A stretch of 64,000 nucleotides of DNA from contig OZ287075.1 of assembly GCA_965645245.1 (NCBI GenBank), positions 744,001 to 808,000 on the forward strand, written 5' to 3'. This document shows positions 1 through 12,459 of the stretch, piece after piece (positions within the stretch are counted from its first letter, which is position 1; each line of letters begins with the position of its first letter). The notes beneath the pieces were generated by a model, which worked only from the letters and a program-made list of their open reading frames with translations, did not search any database and was not told the DNA's origin. The translations under genes and the position numbers were made by a program. Source of the stretch: Massalongia carnosa. Its lineage: Eukaryota.

Positions 1-1739
1 TCCTATGTTCAGCCGGAATGCGTTAGTTGTTCGTTAGTTGATAGTGAGAGTTGTTTCTCTTTCCTTGAGGAAGCTTTCTGTCCATTTCGTGATCCATTCC
101 GGAATTTTTCTCTTTCTCAGATTATGAATGAGCCTACGATGTGAAACCGTATCGAAGGCGCCTGAGACGTCCATACTAAGAAGCGATGCTACTTTTTCTT
201 TCCCTTGCTTCCAGACCGTGTGTACCTGCTCCGTGAGCAGTTCGAGCGCTGTGTCCGTTGCGCGGCCTGGTCTTGCTCCCATTTGCGTGTCTGGAATTAA
301 TCTGAGTTTTTCCATTAAATAGCTTATTTTCCTTGCTATAATGGATTCTAGCATTTTTCCAAGCGTGTTTAGGAGCGCAATGGGTCTCTACGCCTTAGGA
401 TCCGCGTAATTACTCTTTCCTGGTTTCTTTAGCGTGATAGTATTGGCGGTTTTGAACGCTCGAGGATAATAACCCTGCTCTGCGCAGGCTTGGAACAGTA
501 GTGTCAGCAACTTGATCAGATTTTCCGAGCATGCCTTGAGAATTCTATTTGTGATCCCGTCCGGACCGGGTACCTTGTCTAGTTTCGACCTACGAAGCGC
601 TGCCGCCACTTCTTCTTTCGTGATCAGGATGGGGCAGTCTGGGGTTTGCGGGTACGTGTATCCTACGATGTCGCTGAGATCTGCGTCCGGGGGTAGGGGG
701 AAGAAAGATCTCTTTAGCATTTTCGCTTTCTCTTCGAAGGTATTGGCTATCGTATTAGGGTCCTGGGTTGTGGCCAGGGGGGGTTTTGTGATTTCTCTAG
801 GGGCGTCACTTTTGTTTTTACCCCACTTTACTAGACGGAAGAGTCCGGATTGGGAAGATGTGATTGTGGCTATTTGCTGTTTGAAGCAGAGATTTTTTGC
901 TTTACCGATAATTTTTTGTTTCTTATAGTTTGCTTTAACGTAAGTTTTCCAATCCGCTAGGTTTCTTTCCGCGGTCCAGATTCTTCGTAGCCTACGAGTC
1001 TCTCTTGTTGCGTCGTCGCATTCCTTATTCCAAAAGGGTTTCGCCTCCGGGCTTGGTCTGGCCTATGGTACTGCTTTATCTACGATTTCCTTGAGGTAAT
1101 CCTGGATTTCCTTGGTATATTGATCGATTTCCTCGATGCTATACGACATGCGTGGTGCGGGGGTTCTTTTCTCGATTTCTTTTACCATGTCCATATTTAG
1201 AAGTTTCCAGGCCCTTCGTGGGAGCTTTGTCAGGGGTTCGCAGGAGAGCCGCAGTCTCGTTGAAATCGGTATTTGATCGGAAACTTGATTCATCTCCGGG
1301 ACCGTGGTGCAGTGTGTAACGGTTCGACCAAGCGTGGTGCGGACGGCAGGACCTATAGCGAACATAGCAGGAGTCCCAGTTATAGTAGAATAGAGCTTAG
1401 TCTGCGGACTAAGTATTGTGCCTTTTGCTCGGGAAGGACAGGTGGCGCAATGGTAGAAATCTATTCACTATCTCGCTTCGTCACACAGTATTCCAATCTC
1501 TCCGTTAAATCTTCTGTCATGAACACCAGTTCAATAGTGCTGCTGGTCGAGTTTCTTGCTACCCATGTAACTGTTCCTCTTGGAAGTATGAGAGAGAGAT
1601 TTTTGTTTTCTATAATGTCTAGCAGTTGCTCGGACGCCTCGTGCTGTCCTCGTACCCCTGCTCCACCCCAGTATGGGTGATGGAGATTGAAGTCTCCTAG
1701 AAGAATATGCTCTCCGGGGTCTTGTAATTGGTGTAATAC
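1..1739 (-). mobile_element. Tad-like LINE family C, degenerate ORF2 fragment (end of endonuclease through RT); runs off the window
   Basis: Minus-strand ORF pieces 34-354, 388-720 and 1063-1365 carry PGPDGI, QMGARPGR and LSMDVSGAFDTV motifs; HILLGDFNLHHP endonuclease motif near 1675-1710. Homologous to, but distinct from, family B. Cut at ~1740 by a family-A tail. Confidence 0.9.
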
Positions 1740-3615
1740 TTTTTTATTTTTTTATTCATTTATTCATTAAGTGTATTCAACCTAAGGTTATGACAATAAA
1801 ATATTTTAGGATATGTTTCTATAATACAAATAAATCAACCCTTTATAACCCATCTATGTATCGTCAATTTTCCCCCGTTTTTACTCCGTGTTAGTAACAA
1901 TCTATAGTAATCGAGAAATTATCGATTTTACAATTTGTCTTAGTAAGTTCGTAAATGTTTCAACATAAATCATTTCTGATATTACTGTTCGATCTCTCCC
2001 CAGCCTCCCGTTTAAACAATTTCGTCATCAAGCTGACCTAGTATCCATTTTCTAGTCGCGATTTTGTTATTGACAATGAATTTAATCAAAATGTCATTTC
2101 CAATTTTTGTATTAAACAACATATTCAAGTTGATAGTAGTATCGACATTTTGTTTCATGTTTTGAATTTCATCGAAATAGTGAATGCAATTCAATAACAA
2201 GTGTTCTGGCGTTTGTCGTTGATTGCATCTATTTGTGCATTTTGACGAATTATAATCTTTCAATCGATGTAAATATGATCGAAAATAACCGTGTCCGAAT
2301 TTTAATTGCATAATAGTGGCAAATATCAATTTGGAGCAGTTGTTTGATAAATAATAAAAACTCGATATGCCAGTTTGCATTTCGAATTTCTCATAGTATT
2401 TGCCTTTCGATTTGCATTGTTGCTATTGATTCGTCCATGTAGTTAGCATATTTTGATTTATTTAATCTTTTACATAGTCAAATGTTATCACCGAGGGCTC
2501 GACTAGGATTCGATTATGTCCCGTCTTTGCTGTTTTGTCTGCAATTTCGTTTTCGGTAATTTTCGAATGACTCGGAATCCATTGCAACATCACCTGATAA
2601 TTGCTTTCAAATAAGCGTTTTGCGAGCTTTCGAATTTGTCTTGCGAAAATATGATTTGTCAAGTTCTGAATTTCGTTTATCGCCTTTATGCTATCAGAAA
2701 AAATCCAAATCGTTTTTCTAAGTTCGATAAAATATTAGTATTCGACAATTATAGACCCATTTCATTGCTTGTAAAATCGCATGCAGTTCAGCATTTTTAA
2801 TGCTTGACTGTTTGCTTAATTTCCAGCTTTTCGAAATCGTATGATACTTGATCAGATAATCTTTTTCGATAAATCGATCAAATTTATCAATAATATTATT
2901 CCAATTCCGCAAAATTGGTGCAAATGTGACTGCAGACGTTGCAAATTCGATTTTTGATCCATCCGTATAAAATAAAACTCGGGATTTATCGGAGTTCATT
3001 GATTGAATTTTTGATAAGGTCGAATAAAAACTTGATTTTGCAGATTCTTTTGTATTTTCGATTTGAAATTCGATTTTGCAGATTCTTTTGTATTTTCGAT
3101 TTGAAATTCGATTTTGCATGACGATTTCCAAGGTTTAATGAAATGATTTAATTGTTCAAATTCATCAGTTTTGTGAACTATGTCAGAAACGGAATGAAGA
3201 ACGCGAATAAGCTGACTAGGGTGTCGTTTATTTGTCTGTTTTTCATCTTCGTTCTATTCGGCATATTTTTTGTTCCATAAGCTAGTGTCAAAACCGATGT
3301 TTTCATATTTTATCGAATATGTGTTTGGAATTCTTTGACAAATGGAATTATTTTCGGCAATCTTCAATAATCGAATTGCGTATTTTTGATTTTTCATTAA
3401 TAATCGAAGTTTGACTGGTAAAACATGTGATTCAATTTCCATCGACTGAACAGGTGTAGTTTCGAAAGTTCCTAAAATTTTCCGAATCATTCGATTTTGC
3501 AAATTCTGAAATAGTTTTTCATATTTCTTTTGACCATTATACCAAATTTCTGAACCGTAGTCCGAAATAAGAACAATGCATGACAAATAGAGCTGTCTGC
3601 ATGCGGTCGGTTTCA
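1740..3615 (-). mobile_element. 5'-truncated LINE family A2 (late RT, RNase H, CCHC, 3' UTR, A-rich tail)
   Basis: T-rich tail at 1740, then the family-A 3' UTR; ORF fragments 2012-2380, 2462-2662, 2718-3131 and 3254-3615; internal 38-bp tandem duplication at 3034-3109. Confidence 0.92.
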
Positions 3616-6600
3616 TTTGGGAGCATTTATTCGACCAACGAACAGTTCGAATGGACGAAACGTGATTCAAAGTCGTCGCACACGGAGCAAATATTACAAC
3701 ATTTGATGAAAACATGCAATATTTGCGAGACGAAATTCAAAAGTTCAATTCGAACATGAAATTATGCAATGTTCCCAGAGGGCTAGCACGTGATCGTCAT
3801 AAAATGATAAAATCATCCGTTGTTTTGACATTCAATGATCGAAATATGGCCTTGAACGCGTTAAAAGGAGTCAATATCGCGGGCCGACATTGTGACAAGG
3901 AAATATTTACCTCCGTTCGGCCAAACACACAATGTATTAATTGTCAAAAATTTGGACACAAGCATTATCAATGCAAAAGTCAAGCGAAATGCAGCATATG
4001 TGCGCAAAACCATGAAACACGCAATCATGAATGCACAACATGCAAGTCAAAATTTGCTTGTGCACACGTCGTCGTCAAATGCGCGAATTGCAACAAGAAT
4101 CATAAATCTAATGATGAAAATTGTGAAATGGTTATATCGTTAAATTTTCGAAAATCGACTGACGAATTAGCCGCTTTGTAATGGCAGGACAGCATTCGTT
4201 GACAAACATCGAAACTACACAAAATGTTAAATTTATTCAACATAATTGTGCAAAGTCAACGAATGCAATGATATCGTGTTTGGAATATGCTTTATCAAAT
4301 CAAATTGATATTGTTTTGTTTCAGGAACCATGGACACGAGATAAAAAAACAATATCACATCCGTCATTTACATGTATTATGCCAAAATAGCGACCTATCG
4401 CTCGAGAGTAGCTATATTTTTCACAAAAGGTAATCCGAAACTGCGATGCAGGCCTAGAACGGATCTTATTGACGATTCCGATATGCAAATAATTGAAATT
4501 ACAATTGATGATGTTCGAAAAGTGCAGATTTTCAATATTTATAACGAAAAAAAGTCAAAGTGATCGAGAAACATACACGATCGATCGACTTTTAATCTAA
4601 TTACAACCTAAATCAATTGATCAATTCGTCATCTGTGGAGATTTCAATGCAAATCATAACTGGAGGAATTAGAAAATTCAACAAGCTATTCGATCAGAAA
4701 ATCTTGCCAAATGGTTGAAAATAAACAGGTGTAGTTTGATAAACAAACCTGACTTATGTACATACTACGCCCATTCTGGAATTTCTTCATCTGTTATTGA
4801 TTTACCATTTGCAAATTCTAAAATCGAAAATGCAATTACAAATTGGTCAATCGATGAAAACGCAGTCACAGGTTCTGATCATGAAGTCATCTGATTTGAA
4901 CTAATCGCATCTTTCAAAAATTTGACGTCACATGCAACCGCATTATCGAATAAATACAATTGCAATAAAGCCGATTGGAATAAATTCGCGAAATATCTAG
5001 ACGAAAATTCAACCATCTACGAATCACAAGTTCAAAGTTTATTGATAATCATCAATTCGACGAGTCAGTGATATATTTGCAAAATATTATCAAAAACACG
5101 GCTGAAATGTTTATTCCGAAAACTAAAATTTGAACAAAATCGACAAATTGGTGGCCGCAAGATTTAACAGAATTTCGAAAAACCATGTGCAGACTTTTTC
5201 GAGAATAGAAGAATTATCCTACCGATTTTAGTCATCGGACGTTTAAACATAGTCGAATCGAGTATTTTCATGAAATTCGAAAAGAAAAACAACAATCCTG
5301 GTTGACTTTTCTAGAAAATGCAGACAATAAAGATGTATTTACCGCATATAAATACACTAAACCGCGCATATTCGAAAAAATACCGCCGATTCTTAATAAA
5401 AACAAGCTAAATGTTCAGTTCGATGACAAATGCGATGCATTTGTGTCAGCAATGTACACAAAAAACCCATTTATTGACGATAATGTGGAAGATTTATCAA
5501 ATAAAGATAGCGAAAATGACGATAATTGGCCAGATTTGAGCGAAAACGAGTTGAAAATGTGATTAGTTTATTTAATCCGAAGAAAGCATGCGGACCTGAT
5601 GCAATCAATTTTACAATTGTTCAAAAATCGTTTCAATCGTTGAAAAACGTGTTTTTTATGATTTATTCGAAATTCATTCGAATCGGTTATCACCCGTTAT
5701 GCTGGCGGACAGGACTCGGTGGAGTTCTGAAAAAACCTAATAAATCAGACTATTCGTTTCCAAAATCATATCGAATTATCACATTACTAAATTGTCTTGG
5801 TAAAATTGCTGAGAAAATCGTTGCAAATCGACTAGCCTACTTCGGCGAAAATTCGAATTTACAGGATATCGAACAGATGGGCGGACGCAAAAATCATTCT
5901 GCAATTGAGGCAGTAATGAACGTTGTTCATGATATTGAAGTTGCAAATAGAAATAAAAACGTCTTATCATGTTTATTAATCGATGTAAAAGGCGTAATTG
6001 ACTTTGTCTCGATTAATCAACTGCTAAATGTCATGAAAAAGCTGAAATTATCTAGCATAATAATTCAATGGGTCAAGCATTGAATGACAAAACGATCGAT
6101 CAATTTGATATTTGATGAAAATAAAAGCAAAACATATTATGTCGAATCAGGAATTCCACAAGTCTTACCAATCTCGCCTATTCTATTTCTGATTTACATT
6201 CGTCACTTGTTTCCGAAAATACGAATGAAATTCAATGCACATTCTCCCAGTTTTATTGACAATGTTGCAATATATGTCAAAAATAAAACTGCAAAACAGA
6301 ATTTCAAAGAAATCGAAATCATAGTCAAAATGGCCTTTGATTGGGCCGCATCGAATAATGTCAAATTTGATGACGATAAATCCGAGCTGATTTACTTCGA
6401 AAAGACAAGAAATGAATCGAAAGACACATTGGAATTACCAAACGGGATAGTACTAGAACCGAAAATTATAGTCAAATGGTTGGGCGTCTGGTTAGACCGA
6501 AAACTAAATTTCAAAAAACACGTCGAAACGCGGATCTCCTCTGCGAATCGATCGTTTTTTGCAATTCAGAATTTGATAATATCCGAATGGGGTCTGAAAT

Positions 6601-8189
6601 CGACCGCAAGCAGACAGCTTTATTTGTCAAGCATTACTCCTATTTGGGATTACGGTTCAGAAATTTGGTATAATGGTCAAAAGAAATATGAAAAACTATT
6701 TCAGAACCTACAAAATCGAATAATTCGAAAGATTTTAGGAACTTTCAAAACCACACCTATTCAGGCGATGGAAATTGAATCACATGTTTTACCAGTTAAA
6801 CTTCGATTATTAATGAAAAATAAAAAATACGAAATTCGATTATTGAAGATTGCCGAAAATAACCCTATTTGTCAAAGAATTCCAAACACATATTCGATAA
6901 AATTCGAAAACATCGGTTTTGACACTAGTCTATGGAACAACAAATATGCCGAATGGAACGAAGACGAAAAACAAACAAATAAACTACATCCTAGTCAGCT
7001 TAGTCGCGTTCTTCATTCTGTTTCCAACATAGTTCACAAAACTGATAAATTTGAACAATCAAATCATTTTATTAAACCTTGGAAATCGCCCTGCAAAATT
7101 GAATTTTAAATCGAAAATACAAAGGAATCTGCTAACTCAAGTTATTATTCGAGCTTAATCAAAATTAAATCAATGAACTCCGTTCGATAAATCCCGAGTT
7201 TTACTATATACAGATGGATCGAAAATCGAATTTGCAACGTCTGCAGTCACATTTGCGCCAATTATGAGGAATTGGAGTAATATTATCAATAATTTTGATC
7301 GATTTATCGAAAAAGATTGCCTGATCGAATATCATACGATTTGGAAAAGCTGGAAATTAAGCAAACAGTCAAGCATTAAAATTGCTAAACTGCATGCGAT
7401 TTTACAAGCAATGAAATGGGTCTATAAATTGTCGAATACTAATATTTTATCGAACTTAGAAAAAACGATTTGGATTTTTTCTGATAGTATAAAAGCGATA
7501 AACGAAATTCATAACTTGATAAATCATATTTTCGCAAGACAAATTCGAAAGCTCGCAAAACGCTTATTTGAAAGCAATTATCAAGTGATTTTGCAATGGG
7601 TTCCGAGCTATTCAAATATTACCGGAAACGAAATTGCAGAAAAAATAGCAAAGACGGGCCATAATTAAATCCTAGTCGGGTCATCGGCGATAAAATTTGA
7701 TTATGTAAAAGATAAAATAAATCAAAATACGCTAACCATATGGACGAATCAATGGCAACAATGCAAATCAAAAGGCAAATACTACGAGAAATTCGAAATG
7801 AAACCTGGCATATCGAGATTTTATTATTTATCAAACAACTGTTCCAAATTGATATTTGCTACTATTATGCAATTAAAATTCGACCACGGCTTTTTTCGAT
7901 CATATTTACAGCGATTGAAAGATTATAATTCGTCAAAATGCACAAATCGATGCAATCAACGACAAACGCCAGAACACTTGTTATTGAATTGCATTCATTA
8001 TTACGATAAAAATCAAAACATGAAACAAAATATCCATACTACGATCAACTTGAATATGTTGTTTAATACAAAAATCGGAAATTACATTTTGATTAAATTC
8101 AATGCCAATAACAAAATCGAGAAAAGAAAATGGATACTAGGTTAGCTTGATGACGAGATTTTCGAAACTGGAGATTGGGGGGAGATCGG
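3616..8189 (+). mobile_element. Degenerate LINE family A2 (ORF1 C-terminal half plus ORF2 with stops and frameshifts), lacking 3' UTR
   Basis: ORF1 zinc knuckles (CINCQKFGH, CANCNKNH) at 3714-4181; TAATG overlap into ORF2 at 4181; endonuclease, RT and RNase H fragments to ~8189. Confidence 0.92.
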
Positions 8190-8326
8190 ATTGGTATTTG
8201 TTCAATAGACTTTGTATTTGGGACTCGTAGTTTATTGCATTTTCGTCTAGAAACTTCGCGAATTTATCTAAATCGGCTTTATTGCAGTTTTATTTATTCG
8301 ATAATGCGGTTGCGTGTGACGTCAAG
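8190..8326 (-). mobile_element. Short LINE A1 ORF2 fragment
   Basis: Matches ~46497-46634 of the intact copy (ttgttcaatagactttgtatttgggactcg...gcgtgtgacgtcaag). Confidence 0.85.
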
Positions 8327-8327
8327 A

Positions 8328-10107
8328 TAAGAATGATAAAATAGAGTTGACATCTCCATCGTGAAGTCTCTATCCCAGTTTTCGTTCATCTCACTGGTGC
8401 GTTTTACGGCCCAAGACTATTGATGAATTCTACGATTAGGGTGAACGACGCCCCTTTTGCCCAGGTCAAACCCAATTTAATCCTTAAGCATACATCAAGG
8501 GCGGGTCTAGCCATAACCCATGCACCGGCGAACCGACGGGATCTCGTTACGAGCGAAATAGACATTCCCTGCTCTATATACACCGACATGATCATACTGT
8601 CCTCTCGGGCTATGCAGATGGTCTCCGTACGGTGGCCGCCATTGCATACCACGCCTCACGGGTTTTTTACGCCCACTTCGCGTTATTCATAAATGTCTCC
8701 CGTTTATGAACCGACCATGTCTCGCAGGGATTTCAACAACTATGCTCCTGACCAGGCAGTATAATATCGATTTTCCGTCTCTATTAACCAAAACGAGTCG
8801 AGGACAACTCGGAGGGGTTCTCGTTTGAAATTCGTCTATTAGCTCAGGGCCTAGACTATTATCAATTAACGGGTTCCTCGTATATTGCCCTCTTCTTGTC
8901 ACAAGGGTGTCCTATTTGATGACTAGGTTGCTTCCACCATCCCCGGTACGACTCCAGTTCGGACCGTGTTGCTGAAGGTAGCCATCAATCGGATGGTTTT
9001 CATAACCCAAATCCCTTGTATCGTGTAGGGTGTGACCCTACACTATGTGTCTATATGTTTTATTTCTTTCAGCCGGAGGGCTCCGTGTTGTAAACGAAGG
9101 AGACCCGTGTGACAGACATAGCTGACCCGTGTCGTACGTCTTTAGCTCTCAGCCGATGACTGCATGAAAGGACTTGAACCTTTAAGAGTATGACTGAACG
9201 TTGTTAACGAGGTCTATGAAAATCTTATTAACGAGGTCTTCGAGAACAATATTAACGAAGTACCGCTGAACTCTTTTCATTCGTTTTGTGATCCATCGAG
9301 GTCTACCCGTGTCAAATCCACACAATGCCCGTGTCAAAATGTATCATCTTCAGCTGATGACTGCTAGAAAGGACTTGAACCTCTAAAAATATGTACGCCG
9401 ATATTAACGGGGTGCAGGTCTGTCTTAACGAGCCCCCGCAGAACCCCCTTCACAGGGACGTGTTATTGATTTGTGACTGTGTTTTTTGTGACTGTGTTTT
9501 TTGAGACTGTGTGGTTTTTGACTTTGTGTTTGTGACTGTATGTTTGTGACTGTGTGCTTTGTGACTGTGTGCTTTGTACAACGTGTGATAGATGACTATG
9601 TGTTTTGTGACTCTGTGTTTTCTTCGATTTTATTTAACAGGCCGGGCCTATTAAATGGGATATTGTTATTCTGCTCCGAGATAGAGTTTTCTTGAGGTGA
9701 CAGCATTCGCCCCGGTGCCTTTACGCGTTCTGCTAATCCCAGCTGATGATTGCATGGGGAGACTAAACTCTCAGGGGCTAGAACGTGTGTCGATTGTGCC
9801 CGGGTGGGGGATGATACGGCTCCTTTGATCCACATCTTCTTCCAGCTGATGACTGCATGAAGGGACTTGAACTCTTAGAAGCATGGTGCAGGGACGCGCG
9901 TATTCTACCCCCCGGCGGTTGGCCTTCGTATCGTCTTCCGTTCGTACATCTGCGACGCGTGTGAACGCGTTAAATTAGCATTGTTTTAATGCGAAAAGAT
10001 AGGAGCAAATCTATGTTTGTCGGTCGCTCCACGGTGAGGCCTTTGGCGTCTCCGTGGTGAGGACCGATGGTGTAGAAGGAGGAGGACCGATAGTGTAGAA
10101 AGAGGAG
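8328..10107 (-). repeat. Unclassified ~1.8-kb non-coding repeat, copy 1 (passenger element)
   Basis: Colinear and highly similar to 50970-52791, with the same left boundary (taagaatgataaaatagag). Four 30-nt B-box-like repeats at 9150, 9351, 9740 and 9843; ends inside 22-bp monomers. No long ORF. Strand inferred from copy 2. Confidence 0.85.
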
Positions 10108-10408
10108 TTCGCTGTCATGATTTTATAAATCTTCGATATTATCGTCTATAAATGTATTTTTTGTGTACATTGCTGACACAAATGCATCGCATTTGTCATC
10201 AAACTGAAGATTTAGCTTGTTTTCAAGTAGAATCGGGGGTAATTTTTCGGATTATGCGCGGTTTAGTATATATATACGCCGTAAATACATCTTTATTTGC
10301 TGCATTTTCTAGAAAAGTCAACCAGGTTTGTTGTTTTGCTTTTCGAATTGAATAAAAATACTCGATTCGACTATGTTTAAACGTTATTCTCGACGATGTC
10401 TACACATG
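10108..10408 (-). mobile_element. LINE A2 ORF2 internal fragment
   Basis: Reverse complement of the A2 segment seen at ~5190-5515 (KYTKPRI...AMYTKN region). Confidence 0.8.
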
Positions 10409-10704
10409 CATTGCAACCCCCAAAACATCCGTACCCTATATTTTGATATACTGAAACTTTCCCAACTTATTCTCCTCAGTCTTTTCATTCATTTTAGCCT
10501 ACCAGAAGCTAAAACCCATCAGAATTGGGTACAGGAGAGCTCTTCCATGGCTCCTGCAGAGTTTTCATCGCGGTCTGTCCGCCTCTTCACCAAAAAGCGC
10601 GTCCAAAAAATCTACAAAACACAAAAACACCAACAACAACGTCAAAAATCGCTCGATTTTCGATATTTCTTCGGTTTAATTGTCGCATAGATCTCGTCTA
10701 TTAT

Positions 10705-10994
10705 TGTTGAATATTCCACTCCTACCAGTACAGTGAACACCTACCAGTTCAATGAACATAGCACCTACGACTGCCCAAGATGGACAGAGCACCTACAGAA
10801 ACCGTAGATGCCGTATTAGGCTTAGCCTAGAGATTAGATAAGATCAGCTCAGATAATCTTATCACCTCGCTTAGCAGAGGGTGACCAGTTATGGGACAAA
10901 GACTGCTGAACAGCACTCTTCATCCTTAACATCACGGTCATACATACCATTTTTATCATAGCCATATAGCCATAGTCATATACCTATTTCAACA
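10705..10994. mobile_element. Solo LTR (290 bp), copia-like termini
   Basis: TGTTGAA...TTCAACA termini; 5-bp TSD ATTAT (10700-10704 / 10995-10999); absent from other A1 5' UTR copies (~20209, ~49565). Confidence 0.9.
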
Positions 10995-12459
10995 ATTATC
11001 ACAAAAATTATCCACAAAATATCATCACTGTCGCGTAACTGTACAACCTGTTCTCGAGACAACAAAACTTCTTGGTGTTCATTTGAAATTTAAGGTTACA
11101 GGTACCGTATACAATATTCCATTTTGGGTTTTTTCGATTTACGTTGAACTGCCGACCAACAATTTGCTGAAAGAAACGAAGGGTAAAAACGTCTGGAATA
11201 GGGTTAAACCAAAGGCCCTGTTTCAGGCTAACCAGAATAGGAAGTCTCCTAGTCTCTCAATATACTTGATTTTTATTTCTGGATCAAAAACATTTTTTGA
11301 AAAAAAAATTTTGTTCGATCGTAAAATTCTTATTATATTCAAAATATCGTAGTGTTTAGGTAAAAAATTAAATAAGATTTATTGCCTAAGCGAGGAACGG
11401 TCTATTTTAACATGACTAGGATTTATTTGACTTGTTATTGTCAAACAAATAGGTTTTGTAAAGCAAGAGTCTTTAGACCAGTAAATCGGCGTAAAAACTC
11501 TCTATTCTGACAATTACGTCCGGGGAACGTCAGAATAAACTATTTGGTGGCGATAAAGGGGATATAGCAAAGGCAACATCTATTTATTTATAAATTCATG
11601 TTTAACGCGGTAATGAATCGCCGGAATATACCAAGGACACCACGCCCAGCCGGTCCCGCCCCCTATCGACCCCCTACCCGGTCCGCCCCCGACACTCCCC
11701 CGGACCATCTCCGGTGGCGTTGATAGGGAGCTCTCCCCGTCTTGAACCTATGGATCAAACTCGCGAATATGCATCATCCCCGTCAACACCGACACCAAAG
11801 GCAACGAAATTCCCATCGGGTCCATTTTCCACTATCTTGCCGATGCCTTCATTGAATTTGAACATTGGATCAAGCACATCAATCAAACAAAATAAAAGAC
11901 GAACATTTGACGAACATTCGAGAGATAGCCCAGAAGCGATCAATCGGGCAAATTCAATTGGGCTTCTAAAGTCGGCCAAAAAAGCACTATTGCAATCATT
12001 TGTACTCCACCAAAATCCACAAACGGCTATCGTAATTGACAACGTTAATACGTTGATTTCGAACAAAATCAATCAATTTACAAATATCCTTAGATATGAT
12101 TAACTACAAAATGGGCATAGTACTCGATCAAACTAGTCATCTTTCCTCAAAAACGTCACAACAACAAACGACTCCACTACAGAATGGTCCAAAAATCCAA
12201 AAACCTGTTGTTATATTGAATGAAAATTCAATTATCGAAAATCAGACCATTCGCAAAGGAGCCACCGGGGTCTCTGGTAACAATATTAGCACAACCGGTA
12301 CATGGAGTCAAATGCTTGGAAAAGCAACCGAAAACTCCGAAAATTGGACTACTATTCAAAGGAAAAGTTCAAATTATAATTCGAACAAAGTCGATCGATT
12401 TGATGCAATCAAGGCCAGACGACTCGTGATTTCACCGAAAATCTTGACGCTCAAATCGA

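Noticed and set aside
1740..8189. Single twin-primed inversion
   Set aside because: The two arms overlap in content, carry different diagnostic variants and have no enclosing TSD, so they are separate insertions.
8404..8902. Short ORFs in the passenger (82-90 aa) conserved in both copies
   Set aside because: They occur on both strands, mostly use non-ATG starts and have no recognisable domain; their conservation simply follows DNA similarity.
9351..9390. Hammerhead ribozyme (CTGATGA...GAAA...TC) on the plus strand of the 30-nt repeats
   Set aside because: No pairable stem II (ctgcta/ctgcat), poor stem I, and GAAA is lost in two of four units. The minus-strand T-arm reading fits better.
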